64,000 nt of DNA from Ahniellaceae bacterium (GCA_044229785.1 JBGASK010000004.1:138-64137); one strand, 5' to 3'. Positions 10,741 through 18,251 are shown, counted from the stretch's first letter. Notes: generated by a model from the sequence alone, not told the origin. Made by a program: numbers and translations.

Positions 10741-11585
10741 TTCCGGGTCTGATGCTCGTCGATGATCCTCACCATGTCCTCCAATGAGAGGAGATACGGG
10801 GTCACTCCAGCCGCCATCGCCGGTGTCACACGCAGCGATTGGTGAATGCGGACGAAGTTGTAATGCATCATGTAGATCGCGATTGCGTACACATGGTTCT
10901 CCAGTTTCTTGGAGAACGCGTTTGTCAACCGCGTGAAGCGGCGGATCGACATGCGCATCGTCAGGTTCTGCCGCTCGACGAAGCTCGTCGATAGGTGCGC
11001 CATGTCCGGAGCGCCGGTGACGACTTGTTTCAGGACGCCCGTGCATTCGGCGGGGCTGTACCGCCGATCGTTGTCGCGTCCATCAGGGGCGCCGTACACC
11101 TTTATAAGTACCCCGTAATCGATGCCCGCGCCGAACACATCCTCGACGGCCTGCAGATACGCCTTATTGCCGTCAGTCGTGAGTTGTACTCGGCTGGCGA
11201 GCCGCGCAGCCAGGTCCGTCATGAATGCTTGTGCTGCGTCGGCATCGCGCGTGCCCACGTGCCAGCACGGAATCACCTTGGTGTCGGCGCAGATGGCAGT
11301 CCAAGTCCACACATCGCCGGCCTCGCCGGCGGCCTTCATCAAGGCAGGTGCGTTCTTGGCCTTGGCATACACGAAAGACCAGATTTCGTCGCATTGGATC
11401 CGCTTGCAAGGCAGGTTTCTCAGCATTCGATCCTGGTAGTCCAGGAACGCATTCCCGGCCTCGACCAAGAGCTTGACGATCGTGTTCTTGCTCGCGCCCG
11501 TGGTGCGCGAGATCGACCGAATCGACATGCCCTCAACCATGAGGCCAAGAACCGCAGCGCGTTTTTGAATGGACAGTTTGTTCAT
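10728..11585 (-). CDS. IS1-family transposase (single ORF, DDE type)
   Basis: 285 aa. N-terminal HTH ([21 protein letters not shown]). Conserved blocks [67 protein letters not shown] and [19 protein letters not shown] match remembered bacterial proteins annotated as IS1-family transposases. Confidence 0.85.
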   Translation of the reverse strand: MNKLSIQKRAAVLGLMVEGMSIRSISRTTGASKNTIVKLLVEAGNAFLDYQDRMLRNLPCKRIQCDEIWSFVYAKAKNAPALMKAAGEAGDVWTWTAICADTKVIPCWHVGTRDADAAQAFMTDLAARLASRVQLTTDGNKAYLQAVEDVFGAGIDYGVLIKVYGAPDGRDNDRRYSPAECTGVLKQVVTGAPDMAHLSTSFVERQNLTMRMSIRRFTRLTNAFSKKLENHVYAIAIYMMHYNFVRIHQSLRVTPAMAAGVTPYLLSLEDMVRIIDEHQTRKISN

Positions 11586-11632
11586 GCCAGCCGGACATGA
11601 CCCTTATGCTTGAGAACAGTTTCAACTCGGAC

Positions 11633-11647
11633 TTCATTGCCAATGAA
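11633..11647. promoter_or_regulatory. Perfect palindrome TTCATTG-C-CAATGAA, copy A, 48 bp upstream of the transposase ATG
   Basis: Seen directly. The 24-nt context (11633-11656) matches copy B at 21/24. The 11-mer ATGCTTGAGAA at 11606-11616 is also shared with the copy B region. Confidence 0.45.
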
Positions 11648-11880
11648 CATCGCAGGCACGAAGAAACGATGCCATTGACTTCAGGCTGGCGAAGTTGAAC
11701 AAGAAAGGGATTTATGCGAGGCTGTCACCCGGTGGTTCAGCGCCACCGGGTGAGGCCTCTTACGCTATGCAGCAGTAGTGGCTGTTCACCGAAGATATCC
11801 TCCTTTCGCAGGCATTCCCGCTGCGCTCGGGTTGGGTGGTTGGACGCCCCCTCTTTCTCAAGACATCGTCGCTGATCGAA

Positions 11881-11919
11881 GCCCAGCCCCATTGCCGTGG
11901 GGCTGGGCGTTCACTTTTT
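11881..11919 (-). terminator. GC-rich hairpin immediately after the stop of the HTH-like gene; possibly bidirectional
   Basis: GCCCAGCCCC-attgccgt-GGGGCTGGGC (11881-11908). On the plus strand it is followed by cacTTTTT. On the minus strand it lies directly 3' of the stop at 11911-11913, but without a clear U-tract. Confidence 0.45.
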
Positions 11920-12360
11920 GGAACTGGTCAACGACCAGCCAAGCTTGCGATCCGGAGTGAACAGCGGATTACCGCTCAAAATCCGCGCAATTGTCTGCTG
12001 TCGATCCTTCCCACCGACGTCGACCTGACGCCGTGTCAGTTCTGCCAAGAGATCCGCAGTGCGGTGCGGTCGGCCGTCCTTCAGGACATCGATCACGGCT
12101 TGAAGAATCTGCTTCCGCGCCGAATCCGGGCGGCCGCCCGACGCTGCTGCAGTAGCGGAAAAGGTTGTCGGACTCAGCGATGCAGATGATCTGGATTTCT
12201 GCTGCCCTGTTTGGCCACCCACCGCAGGCTCTTCCTGTAGAGCAGCGTAGGCGGCAAGGAACTGCCGCAACGCATCTCGCCGACCATTCAGACGCTGGAA
12301 TTCATTCTCGATGGCATCCAGTTCCTTGCGATAGCGCTCAATATCCACCAAATCGGTCAT
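11911..12360 (-). CDS. Small coiled-coil plus winged-helix (HARE-HTH-like) putative DNA-binding protein, passenger gene
   Basis: Start chosen at MTDLV (GAGGG RBS about 6 nt upstream). N-terminal heptad-like segment (IERYRKELDAIENEFQRLNGRRDALRQFL), then a low-complexity linker. The C-terminal ILQAVIDVLKDGRPHRTADLLAELT...IARILSGNPLFTPDRKLGWSL resembles the HARE-HTH pattern from memory. Confidence 0.5.
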   Translation of the reverse strand: MTDLVDIERYRKELDAIENEFQRLNGRRDALRQFLAAYAALQEEPAVGGQTGQQKSRSSASLSPTTFSATAAASGGRPDSARKQILQAVIDVLKDGRPHRTADLLAELTRRQVDVGGKDRQQTIARILSGNPLFTPDRKLGWSLTSSKK

Positions 12361-12441
12361 GCCCGCCCTCATTGAATTCATGGGGATCGTAACAGTCCAT
12401 CGAACTCGTGGATAGAGGAAACAGAGAGGAAATGCCCATGA

Positions 12442-12456
12442 TTCATTGCCAATGAA
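12442..12456. promoter_or_regulatory. Perfect palindrome TTCATTG-C-CAATGAA, copy B, in the divergent region between the HTH-like gene and the secreted-protein operon
   Basis: 82 bp upstream of the ATG at 12360 (minus strand) and 177 bp upstream of the ATG at 12633 (plus strand). It is followed at 12467-12487 by a second palindrome, ATGCTTGAG-aag-CTCAAGCAT. Confidence 0.45.
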
Positions 12457-12632
12457 TATGGGAGGAATGCTTGAGAAGCTCAAGCATTCGGATCGAATCG
12501 CGCCGCAGGTTCGACATCATTTCTCTCCATGACGAGCAAGATGTCAGAACTGACAGGGCTCGATTGAACATGGGGGAATTTGGGCGGAACGTGCCTGTGC
12601 TAGGGTGGATCGAACATCGAAAGGAGGCGGTG

Positions 12633-13670
12633 ATGGTCAAGTCGTCGGCACGGAACTTATTGCTTGCCGTGGTTGCGGCTCTTGCCCCATCCAGCGAGCT
12701 GTTCGCCTCTGAGTCCTGTGGCATCACGCTCACGCTTCTCAAATCCGGTTTCGAGACCGGAGAGCAGCCGCAGTATGCGGAAGTGCCGCCCGACAACACG
12801 CCCCTGTCCGTCGTCGTCGATTATCCTCCGGATGGCCTGGTCACCGCAGCGCCGAACGTACAGGTCTATGGCAGCCTTACCGGGCCGCCAAATACGGGCG
12901 TCGTGGTGAATGGCAAGGTTGTCGTCAACAACGCGACGAAGTACACCAGCCAACTGATCCCGTTGACGCTGGGCGCGAACACGATCACGGTGACGGCGAC
13001 CACCCAGGACGGTGCGATCCAATCGGTCTCGCGAACCGTCCATTACAACCCGAGTGCGGCGAACCCGGTCCGATTCGTCGGCGTAACCGCAGCCGATTTC
13101 GCGCCGCTGCGAATTCCGTTCACGCTCCAAGCCGCGCCACCGCCCGGACAACCGACGATCACCCGCGTTCAAATCGACTTGGACGGCGACGCCACCTTCG
13201 ATTCGGACAGCGCGAGCATCCCGTCCAACATCGCCCGCGACTATGCTGTTCCGGGCGTCTATCTTGCTCGTGCACGCGTGACCTTCGACGATGGCGACGG
13301 GATGACGCCGCCCGTCGTCCACGAATCGACCTTCCGCGTCCAGATGCACCAACTCGCCTACACGCGTGAGGTGCTGTGCACGGTGTACTACGCGATGAAA
13401 CATCGGCTTCAGGCCAACAACATCGCGAGCGCGTTGAACACCATCGCCACCGACAAGCGGAACCAGTACCAGACCATGTGGACCGCGGCCGGCGGCAACC
13501 TGCCAACGATTGCGACAGGGCTCGGCGACATCGCGCTGGGCAGAATCGCGGACATCAGCGCCGAATTGACCATGGCGGTGCCCGACGACGCAAATCCCGG
13601 CGAGTACCTGGGCTTCCCAGTGATGTTGGCAAGGGATGCGACCGGCGTCTGGCGCATCACCGGCATGTAA
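12633..13670 (+). CDS. Secreted protein with Ig/PKD-like beta-sandwich region, passenger gene
   Basis: AGGAGG RBS then ATG. Signal peptide MVKSSARNLLLAVVAALAPSSELFA. Middle region is rich in T/V/N beta-strand repeats with DLDGDATFDSD (PKD-like). The C-terminal about 100 aa is unassigned. Confidence 0.6.
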   Translation: MVKSSARNLLLAVVAALAPSSELFASESCGITLTLLKSGFETGEQPQYAEVPPDNTPLSVVVDYPPDGLVTAAPNVQVYGSLTGPPNTGVVVNGKVVVNNATKYTSQLIPLTLGANTITVTATTQDGAIQSVSRTVHYNPSAANPVRFVGVTAADFAPLRIPFTLQAAPPPGQPTITRVQIDLDGDATFDSDSASIPSNIARDYAVPGVYLARARVTFDDGDGMTPPVVHESTFRVQMHQLAYTREVLCTVYYAMKHRLQANNIASALNTIATDKRNQYQTMWTAAGGNLPTIATGLGDIALGRIADISAELTMAVPDDANPGEYLGFPVMLARDATGVWRITGM

Positions 13671-13682
13671 ACGGAGAGTCCC

Positions 13683-14672
13683 ATGCGTTACTGGTTCTGG
13701 TTGATCGCCCTGCTGCTACCGGCGCTTGCCGCCTGCAGCAACAGCGACTGCAAACTGCGCGTCAACGGCATCTGCTACGACAAGCAGCGGGAATCGGATC
13801 CGCCATTGAAGGCTCGCTGGCAGATTTTTGATGCCGACAGCGGCAAGCCGCTGGAAGGCGTGTGGATCAATTTCCTGTGGTACGGCAAGTCCGATTCGCG
13901 CGGCATGAGGCGTTGTGTCGGGGCCGTACTCGGTCGCACGGATGCCGACGGTATTTTCGAAGCCACGGCCAAGGACGGCAGCTGGCGCTTCGGTGGCCAG
14001 CCGCCCACGCTGTTCAAGCGCGACTATCAGCCGTTGCAGTACAAGTTCTGGGGTATGCAAACCGATGTCGCGACCGCGAACGTCGATGTTCAGTACTACG
14101 AACGCGATGCCTACCCTGCCTGGTTCAAGCGACTGGAAGCGCTCGGCTACAAGCATGTCGATGAAGGCGGAACGACGACGCACTACGACAAGAAGTACTC
14201 GACAGCGCTGATCAAGGACGGCATGGGACAGCACCCGTATGCCGAAGGTGGCCGCAAAGAGTTCTGGGTGACGCGACGAACCCTTCCGGCATACGCATCG
14301 GCGCCCGGGGTTGGCGCCATGTGCAAGTACGCGACCACCGACAATGTGGGATTCGACGAAGCGACGCTGCGGCTGCTGAGCTATGAGCGCGCAATGCACG
14401 CCTATACCTACCTATGCGATCCGCAGTGGGACACGATTCCTGCCGACTACAAGCGCACCTCGTCTCGCATTTTCGTACATCAGTCGCTGTGGCTTCTGAA
14501 CGACGAGGAGCATTCATTCAATCGCGCATTGAAGATCATTCCCGACTACCTCGGCGGGCCCTACAAGGCGTTGGACAGTGAAGACAGAGCACTTCGGCCC
14601 GAAGAACGGATTGCACTGTGTGACTGGCTTGCCCCGTACACGCAGGCACCCACCAAGAGCATGGAGCCGTGA
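13683..14672 (+). CDS. Lipoprotein, passenger gene (possible CarboxypepD_reg-like N-terminal sandwich)
   Basis: Lipobox LPALAAC after a hydrophobic leader, with a GGAGAG RBS. The segment FDADSGKPLEGVWINF...GRTDADGIFEA resembles carboxypeptidase-regulatory-like domains. The rest is unassigned. Confidence 0.6.
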   Translation: MRYWFWLIALLLPALAACSNSDCKLRVNGICYDKQRESDPPLKARWQIFDADSGKPLEGVWINFLWYGKSDSRGMRRCVGAVLGRTDADGIFEATAKDGSWRFGGQPPTLFKRDYQPLQYKFWGMQTDVATANVDVQYYERDAYPAWFKRLEALGYKHVDEGGTTTHYDKKYSTALIKDGMGQHPYAEGGRKEFWVTRRTLPAYASAPGVGAMCKYATTDNVGFDEATLRLLSYERAMHAYTYLCDPQWDTIPADYKRTSSRIFVHQSLWLLNDEEHSFNRALKIIPDYLGGPYKALDSEDRALRPEERIALCDWLAPYTQAPTKSMEP

Positions 14673-14673
14673 T

Positions 14674-17457
14674 ATGAGGACATGGATATTGCTGCTTGCG
14701 GCGGTTACCTCGGCGCACGCCTATGAAGTCGATACGCATGGCCGCATGACACAGACCGTCTACGAACGCTCTGTGCTGACCACCGACGCAGATCTATTGC
14801 GGCGACTGGGCTTCGATCGGCTCGAACTACAGAAACCGTTCCGGATGCCTTGGGAGCAGACGCCATGTTTACCGGGAATCGGTTCGCCGCTAATCGATTC
14901 CTATCCAGATGCCGCTGGCGATTGGCAGGGGCAAGCATTCGATGCGGATGTCTACTCGCGATGCCCAGACAGCTATGAAAAGCGGCTGATGCCCCCGGAA
15001 TACTCCGGGAGAATCGGGCCGCCGCCTTCGTTGGGTAACACGCCTGAGCTGCGAATAGCGGCTTGGTTGATGCGCGGCGCAATCCGAGAGGACGATCTGG
15101 TTAGCGGGAACTACTACGACCCGGCCGATGCGCCTGATGCCAGTCCTTGGGGCGAAATCGATCGTCCTACGCACCACTTCTACAGCCCCGTCACGAACAC
15201 ATCGGACGGTGCATTTACCCAAAGTGCATTGCCTTGGGCATTGGGGCAAGCCGACCCTTTCGCTGCCAGCCCTGCGCCAGATCCAGATCGGGACAATCAC
15301 TTCTCCTATGCCGACGCCGTGCGCAACTATGACCTGGCGCTGCGATTCAAAAGTAGCGGACCCGTCACTCGGAGCGTTTCCGAATCCGATGCCCGCGCTC
15401 GAGCGTCGTTGTGGGCTGGTGCGCTTATCTCGCTCGGCCACACGGCGCATCTGCTTCAGGACATGGCCCAGCCCCAGCATGTGCGTGGCGAAGCCCACAA
15501 CTACCTGTGCCGCGGCTTTCTGAGCAACTTCAATCAGGACGTGGCCAACCGCACTTACGAGAACTTCTCGAACTTCCGGGTCACTGACGTCTATAACCGA
15601 ACTGTCGTGCAGGCAGGCGGTACGGATACCTATATCGCGACCAATGCTTGCGAAGAACAGGAATGGCTGGACTTGTTCGCCGAAGCCGGATACTCCCCGC
15701 CGCCGGCACCTACGCCATTCACCAGCAGCAGCTACCCGATTCCATCGTTCACACTGGCTCGGAAGTTCTTCACGACGCGAAACGCCGGCGACCCAACGAC
15801 ATCAGCCGGACTCGGCGGTGCAATCAATAGTCGCGCAGGATTGGCCGACTACACCAATCGCGGTTTCTATTCGCAGGACTACGGTGCTGGCGCCTATCTC
15901 AGTCCGCCAGTACCGGGAGGTCCCGAACTCGTTCAGGGCGACATGGCTGCAACCATCGTTCCTGGACTCGGCACGCTGCATTTGCGCGCCTTGTACTGGC
16001 CTGTGCCCGATGTCGTCGCGCCGGGTTACGCAGATACCGGTCGCGATGCACAGGGACGCGCGCCGATCGCTTCGATGAGTTACTGGTCCTATCGTGGAAT
16101 CCCCACATCAAGCGTGGTGCTATCTCTCGCCAACTACACCCAGATGGCCGACATGCTGGGCCCAAGAGCCATTGCCTACAGCGCCGGTCTGGTCAACTAC
16201 TTCTTCCGCGGAAAGCTCGACGTTGAGGTTCCCGACATGACGCTGATTGCCGTCGTGAATCAAGGCGAGACGCACAGCGTCGATGTTGACGGCTATCCGC
16301 GCCGCCCAGACCAATCCATCTTTGGATTCACAAAGGTGCGATTGAAGGTGCGCAATGCGACTGCCGAGATCATCGAATCCGGCAGCGCCGCGCATTCGGT
16401 GCAGAACGCCAGCAACGGTCAACTGGTTGCCGTCGCCCGATACCACCGAAACGCTTGCTACAAGACCGATCTCAGCGGACAACGCACTCAGGGTTACGCT
16501 GCGATGCCGCCGGCACCGATCACGGTTCCGACGTGTACTGCCGCACTGCCCGAGCGTACCGATTACGAAGAGATCTCGGTCTCGACGCCGATCGCGATCT
16601 CGGGCGGCAACGCGTTGCCTGGCATGGTCGGCGCAACGTCTCCAGCATGGGTCGACAAGGTTTTCGATTTTGGTGCCGATCCCATCCCGATCAACGCGAC
16701 CGACCTGTTCATCCAAGTCGTCTATCGCGGCCAGTTGGGTGATGAACCTGATGGCGTTGCAGTCGGACGCCTGGACGTGCGTGAACCGACGTTTATCGCT
16801 GCGTACAACGGCAGCGATCATCGCTGGACGGGAACAGCTTGGGCACCAGGCAGCATCGGCACCACCACACGAGCTGCCGACATCTTCCACCTGTGCGGCG
16901 GAAGCCCAACGACAAAGCTGCTATATCGCAATGCGAATGCTCCTGCTCTGCGCTATTCAGTCGGCGCGTCGCCGCCAGATGCCGTTCGACTCGGAATCAT
17001 TACGACGGCGCCAGCCGGCAATCGCGTTTTTCGTGCACAACCAGTAATGATTCCGTCGCCGAGCGCCGAATATCGTATCTTCACGACCAAGGGAGCGATT
17101 CGCCAGGCGGGTCGCGAAGCGATTTCGCTGTCGACAACAGCCACGGACTGCACCGGCGAGCCCGTTGCTGGTGCGGATGTGTGGTGCAACACGCCGTCGC
17201 AACGGCGACGTGGGCAGATTCTTGGTGATGCACAACAAGCGGTCTATTACGCGCCGATCGGGTCGAATGCGTCCATCGATGTCGATGCAGCCGGGCTACC
17301 CGCATATTCGTCGCTCGTCGTTCGCAACGATGGCGAGAACCGGTTCCATGACGAAACGCTGGTCAACTGCCCATCGCCACCCGCACTGACTCAAGAGCAA
17401 GAGGAATTGATCAAGTTGCTTGAAGAGGCAGCTGCATTGGATCTCGGCGTGAACTGA
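14674..17457 (+). CDS. Large secreted protein with N-terminal zinc-dependent phospholipase C / P1-nuclease-fold domain, passenger gene
   Basis: Start MRTWILLLAAVTSAHA (signal peptide) lies 1 nt after the previous stop. The mature N-terminus YEVDTHGRMTQ, IREDD, THHFYSP and GHTAHLLQDMAQPQHVRGEAHNY line up with the Zn-ligand motifs of bacterial zinc PLCs: (W/Y)..THA, DHFWDP, HYLGD..QPMH. The about 600-aa C-terminal region is unassigned. Confidence 0.6.
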   Translation: MRTWILLLAAVTSAHAYEVDTHGRMTQTVYERSVLTTDADLLRRLGFDRLELQKPFRMPWEQTPCLPGIGSPLIDSYPDAAGDWQGQAFDADVYSRCPDSYEKRLMPPEYSGRIGPPPSLGNTPELRIAAWLMRGAIREDDLVSGNYYDPADAPDASPWGEIDRPTHHFYSPVTNTSDGAFTQSALPWALGQADPFAASPAPDPDRDNHFSYADAVRNYDLALRFKSSGPVTRSVSESDARARASLWAGALISLGHTAHLLQDMAQPQHVRGEAHNYLCRGFLSNFNQDVANRTYENFSNFRVTDVYNRTVVQAGGTDTYIATNACEEQEWLDLFAEAGYSPPPAPTPFTSSSYPIPSFTLARKFFTTRNAGDPTTSAGLGGAINSRAGLADYTNRGFYSQDYGAGAYLSPPVPGGPELVQGDMAATIVPGLGTLHLRALYWPVPDVVAPGYADTGRDAQGRAPIASMSYWSYRGIPTSSVVLSLANYTQMADMLGPRAIAYSAGLVNYFFRGKLDVEVPDMTLIAVVNQGETHSVDVDGYPRRPDQSIFGFTKVRLKVRNATAEIIESGSAAHSVQNASNGQLVAVARYHRNACYKTDLSGQRTQGYAAMPPAPITVPTCTAALPERTDYEEISVSTPIAISGGNALPGMVGATSPAWVDKVFDFGADPIPINATDLFIQVVYRGQLGDEPDGVAVGRLDVREPTFIAAYNGSDHRWTGTAWAPGSIGTTTRAADIFHLCGGSPTTKLLYRNANAPALRYSVGASPPDAVRLGIITTAPAGNRVFRAQPVMIPSPSAEYRIFTTKGAIRQAGREAISLSTTATDCTGEPVAGADVWCNTPSQRRRGQILGDAQQAVYYAPIGSNASIDVDAAGLPAYSSLVVRNDGENRFHDETLVNCPSPPALTQEQEELIKLLEEAAALDLGVN

Positions 17458-17528
17458 ATCAGGGTCACGACTCGGCGAAATGGAAGGCAGAGGAAAGCGA
17501 TGTCCGTCGACCAATCTGGGATGCTGAA

Positions 17529-17765
17529 CTACTTACGCTTCGTCCATCGAGCTAGGGCAGCCTTTTTGGCGATCTCGCTACGTCGCTTTGCGGACAAGCT
17601 TTCTGCGCGTGCAGGGCCACCTAATTGACCGCCAAGCTTGCCTCTGTCGACGGCCTTGGGATCCTTCCCGTCGTCCACAGAGTCCACGACTTGCCCAGTA
17701 GCGATGTCGCCTATCAACTTGGCCAAGGCAACAGAATCTCTCGGTCGTTGGATGCGCTTTCCCAT
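17529..17765 (-). CDS. Small basic protein with C-terminal RRSEIAKKAALARW motif, passenger gene
   Basis: 78 aa. The pattern GG..GG.ARAESLS..RRSEIAKKAA.ARW recurs in many small proteobacterial hypothetical proteins (memory). Function unknown. Confidence 0.5.
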   Translation of the reverse strand: MGKRIQRPRDSVALAKLIGDIATGQVVDSVDDGKDPKAVDRGKLGGQLGGPARAESLSAKRRSEIAKKAALARWTKRK

Positions 17766-17811
17766 GAATCAAGCTTGGCACATGGGGCATTCCGAGGCCA
17801 GACCAGGGAGG

Positions 17812-17833
17812 GATTTGAAACTGACCCACTACC
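17812..17833. repeat. Terminal inverted repeat, transposase-distal (GATTTGAAACTGACCCACTACC)
   Basis: Reverse complement is GGTAGTGGGTCAGTTTCAAATC, which matches 10719-10740 at 21/22. Confidence 0.85.
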
Positions 17834-17841
17834 GTGCGTCC
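17834..17841. repeat. Target-site duplication copy 2 (GTGCGTCC)
   Basis: Identical to 10711-10718 and directly abuts the distal IR. Confidence 0.85.
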
Positions 17842-18058
17842 GCACGACTTGCGCCTCGACCCGCGCGACGACGGGCTCGACGCCGTCGTGCAACAGGTGC
17901 GCCGACGCGCGGACCGACACGTGCTGAGCGTGCAGGTCGCCGGCCAGGACGCGCCCTTCGATCTCGATCTCCCGGTCCATGCCGACGCAATCGTGCCTGC
18001 ACCCGGTGCGCAGCTGCAGGTCGGCGCCACGCGGTATCGCGTCTTCGCGAGCGCCTGA
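17834..18058 (+). pseudogene. cysA 3' fragment (C-terminal regulatory/TOBE-like domain)
   Basis: (V)RPHDLRLDPRDDGLDAVVQQVRRRADRHVLSVQVAG...RYRVFASA continues the LFVRP of the 5' part in the same frame once 10719-17841 is removed. G+C returns to the flank level here. Confidence 0.85.
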
Positions 18059-18211
18059 TTCGTCTTGACTGAAATAGCGGCTTGCCAAACCGTGTCCGCT
18101 CCAATAGTGTCGGAACGTCACGCAATGTGACACGGGCGGAGTGGTGCCGGGGGGCACTCCATTAGTTTTCCGCTCCAGTTGAGGTTCAACCAATGGAACT
18201 GAACGAAGTAA

Positions 18212-18251
18212 GCTCCCTCGCTCCCTCGCTCCCTCGCTCCCTCGCTCCCTC
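18212..18251. repeat. Perfect tandem repeat, 5 copies of the 8-bp unit GCTCCCTC
   Basis: Read directly: gctccctc x5, ending 90 bp upstream of the TTG start at 18341. Confidence 0.95.

Larger units (their letters stand above)
9886..10752 (+). pseudogene. cysA: cysA (sulfate ABC transporter ATPase), 5' portion interrupted by the IS1-family element
   Basis: [13 protein letters not shown]..., Walker [10 protein letters not shown], signature [14 protein letters not shown], Walker B LLLDEP. Similarity ends at ...AQLFVR(P) at base 10718. The last 10 codons ([10 protein letters not shown]) and the stop are encoded by the element's inverted repeat. Confidence 0.88.
10719..17833 (-). mobile_element. 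7,115-bp IS1-family (single-ORF, ISMhu11-like) element carrying passenger genes, inserted in cysA
   Basis: 22-nt terminal inverted repeats (21/22 identical) flanked by an 8-bp direct duplication. Removing it restores an in-frame 349-codon cysA. The transposase sits at one end with its stop codon inside the IR. The interior is visibly less G+C-rich than the flanks. Confidence 0.85.

Noticed and set aside
10728-11632. Direct similarity between cagtttgaaatc (in the proximal IR) and cagtttcaactc (11618-11629) as alternative element ends.
   Set aside because: The two are in the same orientation, not inverted, and match at only 10/12. The true partner of the IR is the 21/22 match at 17812-17833.
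11705-11753. Possible vestigial internal IR of a minimal ~1-kb IS. AGGGATTT at 11705-11712 also precedes the distal IR core, and is followed by the hairpin TCACCCGGTGG-N7-CCACCGGGTGA at 11725-11753.
   Set aside because: Only an 8-nt seed plus scattered matches to the 22-nt IR, and the GGnnnTG terminus is not reproduced. I cannot distinguish this from chance without an alignment to related elements.
11725-11753. tRNA-like GGTTCAGCGCC loop in a hairpin.
   Set aside because: There is no acceptor, D or anticodon arm around it, and the loop does not fit the GGTTCGANTCC T-loop. No tRNA, rRNA or tmRNA was recognised anywhere in the window.
18212-18251. The octanucleotide tandem repeat as a CRISPR array.
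   Set aside because: The units are contiguous 8-mers with no spacers, and there are no cas genes. It is a microsatellite.
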